From: the human T2T-CHM13v2.0 reference genome, Homo sapiens
Strand: one strand, 5' to 3'
Assembly (NCBI RefSeq): GCF_009914755.1
Contig: NC_060928.1
Length of the DNA stretch: 64,000 bases
The translations under genes and the position numbers were made by a program. Every line of letters begins with the position of its first letter. Position 1 is the stretch's first letter. Below are positions 28,697 through 42,986 of this stretch, piece by piece. The notes beneath the pieces are model-generated. The model saw nothing but the letters and a program-made list of their open reading frames with translations, made no database searches and was not told the DNA's origin.

Positions 28697-29050
28697 TAGT
28701 ACTCCCCACCTATGTATGAGGGGCATGTTCCAAGACCCCCAGTGAACTCCTGAAACCTCAATAGCACCAAACCCTGCATATACTATGTTTTTTCAATCTG
28801 ATAATTGAGATATCTACTAAGTGACTAATTGGTAGGTAGTACATACAGTATGGAAATGCTGAACAGATGGATGTTTCACATACTAGGTGGGTCAGATCAC
28901 ATAGGTGTGAGGTTTCATTGCATCATTCAAAACAGCACACAATTTAAAACTTATGAATCCAATATTTTTGGTTTAATATTTTGAAATCACATTTGACCAC
29001 GGATAACTGAAATCATGGAAAGCGGAACCACAGATCAGCAAAGACTACTG
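28697..29050. mobile_element. MER44A (Tigger7 MITE) inserted into an old MLT1 LTR
   Basis: gttccaagacccccagtg...actaagtgactaat...ttgaccacggataactgaaa...actactg with TA flanks; host agtcacatggc|...caaagaaggcagggg resumes after it. Confidence 0.85.
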
Positions 29051-29534
29051 TACAAAGAAGGCAGGGGAACACAGTTTAGCCATGTACCTAGGCAAACAAG
29101 AGGGCAACAGATTCTAGGAGACAACTATATCTGTTGCCTACAGATAGCTTCAAGGAGGCCAGCATGTGACCATGTATGAGTGCTGGTGTCACTTGTTAAT
29201 ATGAACAATAAACAATAAAGAGAATAATGCTAGGATATTCTGAATATGTTTACTGTGTTTTATGGACCATCTTATTGGAGATATCCAGGAGAAATTTGGT
29301 TTGTAGATTTGAAACTTGGAGAAAATATTTGGGTTACCTTTTAAATATGGGAGAAAACTCATAGGCTCAGCTGACTGTTGTAGAATTTATTCAATAAATA
29401 AAAATACGGTGCTAGAAATAAAATGATGGTTGAAATAGATGTATTCTCTCTATTCAGGGTAAGAGAGGATAGTGCTGGTTAAAATGAGGGAATTAGAAAA
29501 TTGGAAAGAGAATATTTTTGATTGACACTGTCTT

Positions 29535-29700
29535 CTATAAGGCTGTGTGGTGATGGATATGTTCTATGTCTATTCTGTTCAATACGATAGCCAATAGATA
29601 TATGTGGCTATTGAGCACTTGGCATGTAGCCAGCATGACTAAGTAACCAGATTTTAAATTTTATTTAATTTTAAGAAATCTAAATTTAAATCTAAATAGA
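29535..29700. mobile_element. MER3 (hAT-Charlie) fragment
   Basis: gtgatggatatgttctat...atgtggctattgagcacttg...ttttaaattttatttaatt. Confidence 0.8.
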
Positions 29701-29759
29701 TTGAAATTTCTTAAGACAAGGGCTAGGTTTTAACTTATTTAAACAATAACAATCAACAG

Positions 29760-29920
29760 CAATGATGACAAATGCCTCTGGAGTGCTTACTGTATGCCAA
29801 GCAAACTTGAAAGCACTTTGCAGGTATTCACCAGCTTAGCCTTCATAAATACTTTGTAAGGTTAGTAATTCTATTATGATATTTGTTTATTTCTGACAAG
29901 GAAACTAAGGCAGATATATT
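29760..29920 (-). mobile_element. MIR fragment
   Basis: gagtgcttactgtatgccaagc...gacaaggaaactaaggcaga. Confidence 0.6.
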
Positions 29921-31119
29921 TCCTACCTTTTGGAAACATACAGTGCAATACATGAAATAAGCAAGCATATAATTGTATGGCAATGGTGGTGAAGCTATAG
30001 AGACAACCAGAAGGCACTTGCAATAAACCAGGAAGGAAAAATAGAAATTCCCCTGATAAAGGAAACGGAGAGGCTAAGATGGACAATGGAATATTCTAGA
30101 TATGAACTAGGACAGGGTGGTAAAGCTGGCTACATGAAATCTCCTTTATAAAATCCTAGTGTTCTTCATTTCTTCTTTTCTCTATCCTAGAATTATACAA
30201 GGTTCAAGTTACTCCTTTACCCACGTGGCAAATATCCAATTTAAAAAATATACTTTAATCCTACCTTGGTTTAAAGCACGTGGAGCCACCAACAATATAG
30301 AAATATCGAAGTATCAAAACTGAAATGAGCCATTTTCCTTCCAGGCCCACTATGTGCCGTTGGTCTGAGTCTCATCTGCCAAAAGCCATGGCCTGGCTGC
30401 CCTTTCCTTGGGATAGGTCAGTCTGCCTGAAGCTGAGCTCAGCCCATTTCCATGCATCATTAAGGCTAGATAATGATTAGCTAAGTTATTCCTTCTCTAA
30501 GCCTAATGAGCTGTGAGGTGATTCGTTTGTAGTTCAGTCTAAAAAATATAAAAGTAGATAACGTTTTTATCCTGAAAATCTTACTCTAGAAACCATTCAC
30601 TTAATCCAACATGGTTCCTCCCTTTTAGACTTAGATAAACATGGCCGACATGGTAACCCAAATTGTTTATAAACTATTATCAGCTTTGAGATGACAGCAG
30701 ATACTTTTTCTTAATTTATGTTACACGTGTGCGTGCATGTGTATGCATTTATTTTTGTGAAAACATGAGAATGTAAAATCCTGGAGGTTTTCCCAACTGG
30801 AGTGATAATAAATATCTTCCTGCTTTTTAAAAACTTTTTCTTTAAATTAGTTTCTTGTTTATTCCTTGCTGATATATCTAATATAGATTTTCTTCTATCT
30901 CACTTTATGCAATACAATAGTGTTTCTGAAGTTAGCCTTTCAACTTGTCTTTGCAAAAGAAGTGAAGACACTTCATGTTTAAATGAATTGAATGGTGCAT
31001 GATCACGTATGACTGTGTGTGTTTAAATCTGCATAACAGAGTTTGGCATTATTTAAAGAAAGTTGGAATTGCATTTACTGATGTCTTATTTTGTGCCAGA
31101 AACTCTATGTGCTTCTTAT

Positions 31120-31540
31120 GGCAGGCTTAGCTGAGGAAACAAACGTGTCAGTGGCTTGACAAAATAGAAGCTGATTTCTTCCTCATGTAACTGTGTGGGA
31201 GTTTGTTCAGATAGGCAGAGCAACTCACCTCATCTAGGTCATTCTGGGACCGGTCTCCCTGTAGCTTGTGGCTCTGCCATCCCTCAGAAAAGAAAGAGAA
31301 AGGGAAGAGAAAAGAAGAGAAAAGGAAGCATGGAGGTTCTATACCAACTCTCTTAAGAATTCTGAACAAAAATTTTCCCACATTTTTTCTGCACACATTC
31401 TATTGGAGAGAGCCTAGTCACATGATCTAACTGCAAAGGAGGCTGGAAAACAGTAGTATAGATTTCTATCCAGCAATGATCCCCATTTTGATGAAAGGAG
31501 AAAATTTATTTTGGTGAGCAGGTAACAGTTTCTGCACCAC
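31120..31540 (-). mobile_element. Old MLT1 (J/K-like) LTR relic
   Basis: cacattctattgg...ctagtcacatg...aactgcaaaggaggctggaaaa. Confidence 0.65.
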
Positions 31541-31816
31541 TCCTGTTATGTAAAATATCGTATAGATCCAATTGACATATTTTCTATCTTTCTAATATAA
31601 AAAAACCATAATCTTCTGTTTTTCAAGTGTCAAAACTTATGCCACCTTACTGTCTCCTCCAATCCCCTGGCTTCTTTTGATTTCTTTATAATATACGTAT
31701 TTGTTTTCATTTATCTGCGCTTGAGATGCTTTGATTCATTCCAAGTCATCCCAGGCTCAAAACTCCACACACAGTTGTAGGTCAGTCTTTGAGATGTCGG
31801 CCAAATCCTTCCCTTC

Positions 31817-32177
31817 TGTATTCATCCATTTTCACACTGCTGATAAAGACATACCCACGACTGGGTAATTTATAAAGAAAAAGAGGTTTAATGGACTCAT
31901 GGTTCCATGTAACTAACTGGCCTCACAATCATGGTGGAGGGTGAAAGGCACATCTTACATGGTGACAGACAAGAAAGAATGATAGCCAAGAAAAAGGGGA
32001 AACCCGTTATAAAACCATCAGATCTCGTGAGACTTATTCACTACCATGTGAACATTATGGGGGGAACCACCCCCCTGATTCCATTATCTCCCACTTGGTC
32101 CCTCCCACAACATGTGGGAATTATGGGAACTACAATTCAAGATGAGATTCGGGTGGGGACACAGCCAAATCATATCA
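31817..32177 (-). mobile_element. THE1B/C solo LTR
   Basis: tgtatt...ctgataaagacataccc...ggtggggacacagccaaatcatatca; perfect 5-bp TSD ccttc at 31812-16 and 32178-82. Confidence 0.95.
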
Positions 32178-32534
32178 CCTTCCTAACTATTCTTGCTGTG
32201 GTCACCTTTCAGACCTTGACAACATTTTCACTGAACTTTCCTATTAGTTTTCAGTGAGACTTCCTGTCTCCTCTTTTTCTCTCCTCCAATCCGTTCTATA
32301 CACTGTTTCTAGTTAAAATCCATACAACCCCCCGCCCCCACCCAAAGAAATTCCCAGCTTGACATTTGTGATAATTTCACATATATTTTAAAATTTAGAC
32401 TTGTCTTACCCTGAGGGTAAAGATGCTTCTTACAGTGGTAATAATCTACATTCCTTATATCGCCATAAATTTTATAGAATGCACTGTAGTTTGGTTCTCA
32501 CAATCCAAATCCATTTTCCAAAAACATTTATTAC

Positions 32535-33370
<836 letters not shown>

Positions 33371-33859
33371 CCTTGTTTTCCTCTCTCTTCATTACTGCTC
33401 ATCCTTTCCCTCTTTCTTCCCTTACCCAACTTCATAAGTTTCTCTTTATGCCACTTTACCCTTTTGAAACCTTATCCATCCTCTGTATTCAAAGTCCATC
33501 TCTTATACAGCTTCCTCTTCAGATTCTGCTCACAGGGAGAAAACATGTCCTTTTCCTGCATTTTGTTACTTTTTATACACATTGCCTGATTTACTTAGAA
33601 TTTTAACTTAAAAAAACATGAATTGCTTATTGAGTTATATTTGTGGCTCCATTGCAGACTTCTTGGAGGGAAGGCACTGTACTTTTTATTCACTTTTTAC
33701 AGCCTTTGTGGCCTCTAAGAATGTCCTTTTACATCTTAAGCACAAGTATAATTTTTGTTACATTTAATAGAATGTACTAATTTACCACTGGCAACCAAGG
33801 GGCACAGTAGCATAAATAATCCTTTAAGAGCAGATGACCGAAAACTAACTTGCATGCGT

Positions 33860-34430
33860 TTTATGAATACTTCTTATGTGGCTTTTGCAAGAGATGTCTG
33901 GTTACATTTTCCTCCTCATACTGATTTTATTTCATATGGCTTCTCTCCTGTACAGTCTCATGAGTAAACGTGACGATATCATCTTTGACAGCATGCTTAC
34001 CCACACTGATCACATTTATTGGCTTTATCCCCAAAATGGATTCCCCCGAGAAATGGGATTTAGACATTCGTCTGAAGATTTTCTCAGAACAGAAACTCTT
34101 ACACATAGTTCCTCCCTGTGTGAGTTCTCTGATGAATGACAATGTTGATTTCCAAACTCATTTTTTTCTCTAAGTACCCGAAGTATAAATTTTCTTCCCA
34201 TGACGACCCTTTGGTTGATCTTTTGGCAAAGTAGTTTTCTCAACCTTTCACCCTGATCTGGATATTGTCTTACACTTTGATCAAATGTTGATCTTGGAGC
34301 TTACTTAAATCTCCTTTTTGATAGTCTTTAATTATTTTTCTTTGCTTTTGGCTTTTCTGTAAATACTGGGTTATCTGTGTCTTTCAGATTTTGAGATTAT
34401 GTGTCATTCACTTCTTTTGCTGAAGTTTTC
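33860..34430 (-). pseudogene. Highly decayed C2H2 (Kruppel-type) zinc-finger array relic
   Basis: Minus strand reads HQRTHTG (34134-34114), GDKANKCDQCG (34032-34000) and TGEKPYE (33951-33931). Linker Gly codons at 34197, 34114, 34030 and 33946 are 83, 84 and 84 bp apart. Stops and frameshifts throughout. Outer limits approximate. Confidence 0.85.
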
Positions 34431-34589
34431 CTGAAACTGTTCTTAAACTTTGTTTTTTTTTTAAAAATCTCACATTGACATATAATCTCTTTATAGCATG
34501 TATTTTGTGAACCCAGGTGCTTCCTCTTGTTTCACTGGGATGCAACCATGGAATGCATAGTTCTAGGTAATGTGAGTCAGGCCATATAA

Positions 34590-34750
34590 TTGGTTTGCAA
34601 ACATGAGCATGCCTTATGTGCATTAGAATCACCTGGATAACTTGTTAAAATAAACTTTGTAGCTTCCTCACAGAGTTCCTGCTGAGAATCTGCATTTCTA
34701 TCAAGCTCTCAGGTGAGGTTGATGCTGCTGGCTGGGGAATAACTGCTTCT
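34590..34750. mobile_element. MER5A fragment
   Basis: gcattagaatcacctgg...cttgttaaaa...gaatctgcatttcta.caagctctcaggtga. Confidence 0.8.
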
Positions 34751-35460
34751 TAAATTATGGTACTACTCAACAGAAGCATAGATAATATTCCCTAGAAAAA
34801 GGCAACCTAAATGAGAGTAAGAAAATGTATTCATTTGGTCACTAACTTATTCATTCATTTATTTAATAAATATTTATTGTGTGCCTATATCAGATTCCTA
34901 AGTTTATTATTTTCTTTTTATATTTTCCAGTTACTCAGAAGGAAATATGAAAGTGGCTTGAATTTTACATAAATTAACATTTAACATAATTTCTGAAAAT
35001 GCATTCATATATTAACATCTAGTTTATGATAGGTTTCTTACAAATCATAACTCAATTGAGTAATTATTTATTGAATGCCTACATTATACAACGTATTGTA
35101 CTAGCAAAAGAGAACAAAACAAGAATAAGATTTTTTCTCAAAAAAAAAAAATGAAATATATGAAAGCACACCTCCATTCTTCATGCTCCCATGCATGGTG
35201 TGTGGATTTGTAAATTTTACATCTGACCTTATTACAATAAAATCTGTTAATTAGTGTAAACTCGTTTGCTGTTGTCGTGCATTATGCTAGCCAAGTTTAA
35301 TTTTGTTTTTCTTTTCATTTTAGCTTCTTTTGTTGGGTTGTTATTTGAGCTAAATTGGAGAGAAACATTGTTCAAAAATATAAAGTGTATAAAAATTCAA
35401 TATTAAACCTAAATTTATTTGTATTTATTTTGATTCTATTTATTTCCACAGGTTTTTACT

Positions 35461-36470
35461 ATTTTTAAAAATATAACAGTGTGTTAATATTAATTTTTTA
35501 TGTTTAATTTATTTGTATTAAGGTATCTATGTTTACCATTTTTAAGTATACAATTCAGTGATAATAAAACTATATTTACATTCTTCTTTTTTCCTTTTCT
35601 CTGACTATCCTTCCTAGCCTTCAGTAACTTCCAGTCTATTCTCTATCTTCACGAAATGGATCTTTTTAGCTTCCACATAAGGATGAGAGCATGTTACATT
35701 TGTCTTTCTGTGCTTGGCTTATTTCATTCAACAAAATGGGCTCTAGTTCCATCCATATTGCTCCAAATGACAGGATTTCATCTTTTTTATGGCTTAATAA
35801 TGTTCCATTTTGTATATATACCATATTTTCTTTATCCATTTATCCATTGATGGGCACTTAGGTTGACTCTATAGTTTCGTTATTGTAAATAGTCCTGGAA
35901 TACACAAGAAAGTGGAGATATCTCCTCAATGTATTGAGTTCCTTTCTTTTGGATATATACCTAATTGCAGAATTATGGGAGCATATAATTCTATCTTTAC
36001 TTTTTAGAGGAAGCTTCAAACTGTTCTCCACAGTGGTTGTACTAATTTACATTCCCACTAACAGTATATGAAGGTTCCTCTCTCTCCACATCCTCACCAG
36101 TATCTGTTATTACATACCTCAAAAGCACAGGCAATCAAAGCAAAAATAGACCATTGGGATTACATCAAGCTAAAAAGCTTCTGCACAGCAAAAGAAACAA
36201 TCAACAAAGTAAAGAGACAACCCATGGAATGGGAGAAAATATTTCCAAACTATCAGAATATATGAGAGCAAATAAACTCAATAGCAAAAAAACAAATAAC
36301 CTCATTAAAAATTGGCTAAACATCTGAATAGACACTTCCCAAAAGCAGATACACAAATGATCAACTGGTATGTGAAAAAAAATGCTCAACATCACTAATC
36401 ATCAGAGAAATGCGAGTAAAAAGCACAATGCAATAATATCTTACTCCAGTTAAAATGGCTTGCATCAAAA
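35461..36470. mobile_element. L1MA-like element with 5' inversion (minus strand 35461-~36110, plus strand ~36111-36470)
   Basis: Reversed 3' end up to catcctcaccagtatctgttatt, then sense ORF2 ([34 protein letters not shown]); TSD agg(t/c)ttttact at 35450-60 and 36471-81. Confidence 0.88.
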
Positions 36471-37549
36471 AGGCTTTTACTTATTATTCAAAGATTACAG
36501 TCAAATATAAAGAAAGAATCTTTGGAAAGAAGATAGAAGACTCATAATCCAAAACCCCAAGCTCATTAGCAGCTGTGTGAGTGTGCATGTGTGTGCATGT
36601 GTCCTTGTACATGTATGTGTTCATGCCTGTTTCTGTGTGTGCACACATGAATGTTAATTGCTGACTCTTTTCTTTATGCATATTTTTTCTTATAATCTTG
36701 AAGTATTTATTCATAAGTTTGAATTTTACTAACTTATTGTATTATAAACTATTTCTTTTCTCTATAGTCTTCATAATTATTTAAATAGCTCCATAAATTT
36801 TTATTTAGACAAAATACACTGAAATTCCCTTTATTTTTATCATATCAATACTTCTGTTCCTCTAATTTAGAAATTTTATTGAATAATATTCTTATGAAAT
36901 AGTCCTAGTAGAGATGTTTTATGGTCAAAGCTATGTTTTTTTATGAATTTGTATGAATCTTATTAATTTATAATGTAAACAACAGTGTATAAAGATAATG
37001 ATATTAAAAGTTTATCAATACTAGAAATGATTTTTAGTCACCTGATAGATATTAAAAGGGTTTTTAATTTTAATTCACATGCATTTCATTACCAAGCAAT
37101 TTAGTCACTTTGTTATATTGATTTACACTTTTTATTTTTATAATTGGATACAGGTCATTTGAGTGAATAAAATATGCTTTATTTTTCTTTTTTAGTGGAA
37201 AAGATCAATTTTATAACTGTGGGCACTGAGCACAAAATATACTCTTATTGCAAGTTTATACAAACAGTAAATAGAAAGTGGACATTTAACTATATAAATA
37301 AATAACTGAAACTATGTTTTTGAATGAAAATGAACATTTTCTAATTAATTTTTGAATTAAAAAAAACAGCAACAATAGCCATAATTTTAACACTACAAAA
37401 AGATTTCACTTTATCAGCAATATAAGAATTTTATAAAGTAAAACTGCATGTAAAATAGCATTACCACAAAATATTTTATTGTCTTTTAGAAAATTTGATA
37501 AACCTACAGAAAAAATTCTCGGAAAATGAATTTTTTTTCATCAAATTAA

Positions 37550-37945
37550 TGCTGTGGACTGAATTGTGTCCCCACCAAATTCATATGTTGAAGCCTTACC
37601 CTCTATTGTGACTGTATTTGCAGATAGGTTTGCTAGGAGCTAATTAAGGATAATTGAGGTCGTAAGGGTGGGATCCTAATCTCATAGGATTGGTGGCCTT
37701 ATAAGAAGAAGAAGAGAGAGAATGATATCTCTCTTTCTCCAGGTACACACATGCAAGAAAGACCATGTGAACACATAGCGATAAGGCAGTTGCTTACAAG
37801 CTTGGAAGAGATCCCTCACCAGAAACCAACCAGAATGGTGCCCTGATCTTGGATTTCTAGGCTTCTGAACTGAGAAAATTAGTTCCTTGGTTTAAGTCAC
37901 CTTGTCTGTGGTATTTTGTTTTGGCAACCCAAGCAGGCTAAGAAA
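37550..37945 (+). mobile_element. MLT1A-like solo LTR
   Basis: tgctgtggactgaattgtgtcccc...aaattcatatgttgaagcc; 5-bp TSD attaa on both sides. Confidence 0.88.
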
Positions 37946-38172
37946 ATTAATAATTATGCATGTATTTATGAACACTTCTTTTCTTTTCCCTTAAAGAAAA
38001 TATATTTATTTGAGACTAATGCAGAACTTTGTGTTGGAACAGCCAGAAAATATGATTTCTAAGTCTGCCAGTATTTTCCCAATTGCATAATAGAAATGAT
38101 AATATCTGTGCTATTTTTTCTCCTTTTCCCACAAAAAGTCATTGTATTATTATATATGAAAGTGGTTTGTAA

Positions 38173-39120
<948 letters not shown>

Positions 39121-40369
39121 GAAAGTGGTTTGTAAACAGAAATACACTGTGGAAATAAAAGAGAATACCAAATGATAAAGTTTGTGGGTGTTTACTGACC
39201 ATCTATTATATTGCCTGAACTATATTCTTTCGATCACAGTCAACATTATCAGAATCATTGGCTCCCATACAAGTTACAAGACAATTAGAAAAATAAACTA
39301 AATGGATTTTGGATACATCCATGAGCAGAAACATTATTGTCAGAAGTTCTGATCTGGCTCTTAAATTAATGAATCTTGTATTTTTAACATGACTTTTCTT
39401 CATAATATACTTATACATGCTCCATTACCCTCACCCCTCAGTGTAGGGGGAATATTTTCAAGAAGCACATTTTGGAAAATAATGACTCGTTTGTAACTTG
39501 TTTTATTTGTAGGAAGAAAGAGGGAGGTGGATAGTTAATCTGAATCATCACTTTGCTTTATGCTTGACGTGGAACCATTAGAACCTTGAAACGTAGATGA
39601 ATTTTTCACCTTTCCAAACTGCTCAGTCTCTCAGTACATACTGTCAATTTTGTTATATAAAAAACTTAGCAATGTATATAATTACTGGGCAAAGCTATTA
39701 TTTAATATGAAGAAAAAATTGTCAGCTAACCTAAGGACAAAAAATATATAGCTTCCAATCCCAGATTTATTACCTGGAATCACAATCAAAATTTATTTCA
39801 CTGCATTAGCAAGACTTTGTACTCCTGGAAGTAAAAGGCTACAGTGAATATTTCTTCTGGCCAAGAGTCTTGTTCCCATTTTTTACTCCTGCTGGTTTTG
39901 TTCCTCTTATGTAACTGGGGAAGTTGGCTATGATAAACAGAGCCAGGTCACAATATCAGCATATGGTGGGCTCTTAAGACATATTTGTTAGAATGAATGT
40001 GTTTACTTATTGCCAAAGCCAGATGAAATCCTGGATTTAGTTATTAGCTAACACTGTAGCCTCATGTCAATTACTTTTATTCTCTGAATCAGAGTTTTAT
40101 CACCAAGCATAATAATAGCTACACAGGTTTGATGTGAATATTGTGTAAATATAATAAATATAAAGTAATATTTATAAGATGGATGATCTGAGTCTGAAGC
40201 ATATTAATTATTCCCTTGATGTTACATATCCTATCCTACCCCCTCCTATTTTAAAAAGAGAATTAAATAATGTTCTATTGCACTTCAGGTAAATAATCTC
40301 ATTTAAGAAGCTCTCAAGAGCCAAAGATAAATTTCCACAAAAGTAAAAATGGGGGAGGTTTGTGATGTC

Positions 40370-41069
40370 TGCTATGGACTAAATATTTGTGCTATGGTTT
40401 GAATATTTATCCCCTCCAAAACTCATGTTGAAATGTAATTGCTGTTGTGACAGTATTAATGGTAAGTCCTTTGAGAGGTGTTAGGCCATGAGGGCTAAGC
40501 CCTCATGGGTGGGATGAATGCCATTATAAAATGGTGAGTTTGGCCCCCTTTTTCCTCTTTGCCCTTCCACCACATGACGATGAAGCAGCAAGGCCTTTGC
40601 TAGTTGCTGGCACCTTGATCTTGAACTTCCTTGCCTCCACAATTGAGAGAAAATAAGTTTCTGTTCATTATTAATTACCTGGTGTCAGGTATATTATTAA
40701 AACAGCAAAACTGGACTAAGACAATCTGTGTCCCCCAAAATTCATAGGTTGAAATCCTCACCCATAATGTAATGGAATTAGGGGATGGGAGCTTTGAGGG
40801 GATTAGGTCATGAGAAAAGAACCCTCATAAACGGGATTAGTGCCTTTAGAAAAGAGACCCTAGAGAGCGCCCATGCCGCTGTCCATGTGAGTACACATCA
40901 AAAAGACAGTCATCTAGGAACCAGGAAATGGGCTTTCACTAGACCTCAAATCTGCCAGCATCTTGATCTTGGACTTTGCAGCCTCCAGAACTTCAAGAAA
41001 CAAATTTCTGCTGTTTATAAGCCACTCAGTCTATGGTGTTTGTTATAGCAGCCCAAATAGACTAAGACA
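40370..41069 (+). mobile_element. MaLR solo LTR (MSTD/MLT1A0-like), host of a nested LTR
   Basis: tgctatggact...tgtcccccaaaattcat...atagactaagaca; perfect TSD atgtc at 40365-69 and 41070-74. Confidence 0.88.
40390..40723 (+). mobile_element. Nested MST-family solo LTR (MSTB/C-like)
   Basis: tgctatggtttgaat...cccctccaaaactcatgttgaaat...ggactaagaca; TSD atttg/atctg. Confidence 0.88.
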
Positions 41070-42986
41070 ATGTCTAACATCTATGGATAATTCAGAAAAG
41101 ATAGAATTATTTTTATCTTTCTCTTACCTGGGTAATTGCTTTCTTTAAACCTTTTTACTTTCAGAAGTTTTCATGCTTTTCAAAGACTTTTTTTTTCCAT
41201 AGAATATCTTACTTGTTCTTTATGGCAAAACCTGAAGGATAGAGCAGTTATCAGTCTTGTTCTGCAAATTTTAAAATACAATCAAGATAACACTTACCTG
41301 TATTTAAACAGCTTTTGTCTCATTCCCCAAAACCTGTTCCTTCACGGTGTTTACCATCTTAATTAATTATAATTATCTAATTAATCAACATTACAGCCAA
41401 AAAGGTATCTTTTCCATCACACTCAATACTTCTGCCAGTGCCATTGCCTCTACTTCTAAGATTTATTCTGAATCTATCAGTATTTCACCATTGATTAGGG
41501 GGTTTCACCCCCACTTATCATTGCTATGATTGCATATGTTGTCTAGTATTGTTGTGAAGATAACATGAAAATGAAAAAAAAATTAACTAAAAAGTTAAGA
41601 ATGAACATAAATTATTATTGGAATTCTAGGAGCCCAATAAAAAGTACCCCTTTTCTGTACTTGAATCCTTAATCACTAGAAGGAGATAGACATGGAATTA
41701 GGCAGATAGAGATAAAATATCACCTTTATCACTTCCCTGCATGCAGTTCAATGCTTGCATTTGCTTATTAATAAAACTTATGACCCTTTTATGTATCAAT
41801 TAATGATTTGATTTTGTGAAATCTCTTATTTTATCCATATACCTGGATCTTCCACATCTTCCTATTAGATTATTCCTTAAGTCATGCACAACCAGTTAGA
41901 GTTATGATGCTTTATGTTAGTTGCAGGGTTGGAGGCAAAATTAGCTGCCAAACCAAGGTGATGCCTACCAGGTACAGGCTTCCTTTGAGGCTTTGCCTTT
42001 TCCTAGACATAATCACGCAGCATAGCATCTTCTCCCTGCCAAAGAAGGCTGCCTCTTTCTCCTGACTGCTTTGTAGATGACTTAACATAAGGCCTGTTAG
42101 AGAGCTCTTCAGTTTTACACCTTTATAACCTCTTACACATAATGGCTAATCTCTGCCTCATTGGCTTCTGCAAAGTGTGGCTACAGTTTTCTACTTCAAG
42201 GTAGCTTTAGACAGTCCAAGACCAATATGGACTGCTCAATAAGGCAGAGCTGTCCACATTTGCTAAGGTCTTTGCAAGCCTTGTTTGCTAAGGATCAAGG
42301 GGTCTGCATTTTCTATGAGCTAAGCTGGCTAAAAATAGCCCTACCTATATCAATAAAGCCACTTGCCTGTGAACAAAGCTGCCATAAACCGTAATGATCC
42401 ACCAAGGACAAAATTTCACTTAGGCCACCCTCACTAAACCCTTAGGAATAAAGCTACCAGCCAATTTCTTTCTGTCTCTTTGGTAACCTACGTTTCTTGA
42501 ATTTTCTTAAGGTTCACAGACAGTGTACCCAAATATTAGAGTTTGGGGGAGCTTAATCATAATATATTGGCCTTAGTTTAGAACAAAATGAAATCCAGAA
42601 AACAAAGAAATGTATAGCAAGAGTATTTGCTTTACTGATATTAAGATAAATTAAGAACCTGGTTATAAATCTTTAGGCAAGTCGGCTAGCTTGTTAATAC
42701 TTTACTCCTGAATTGAGCAGATATATCTGCTTTGTCACAGAGGAGTACAAAATTTCTGCTTTCCTATCAACAAATAATACTATGATGATTCTGAACTTAA
42801 TGAAAAACCAAGTCCTGAGCACTTAAATGATCTGAGAAACTAATGTGCATTAATTGCATATTAACATCAAAGAGCAAAAAAGATGCTCTGATAAATATGT
42901 AGCTGGTATAATTTTTTCAATCCACTTATTTTGATGATGATGATGATAATTAGACTATGCTGGTTACTTAAGAGAATACATAGAAT

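Noticed and set aside
33860-34430. Calling the ZNF relic PRDM9/PRDM7-derived
   Set aside because: WKS..IHQRTHTG occurs in many KRAB-ZNFs, the fingers are not homogenised, and no PR/SET sequence is seen; the parent cannot be named without a search
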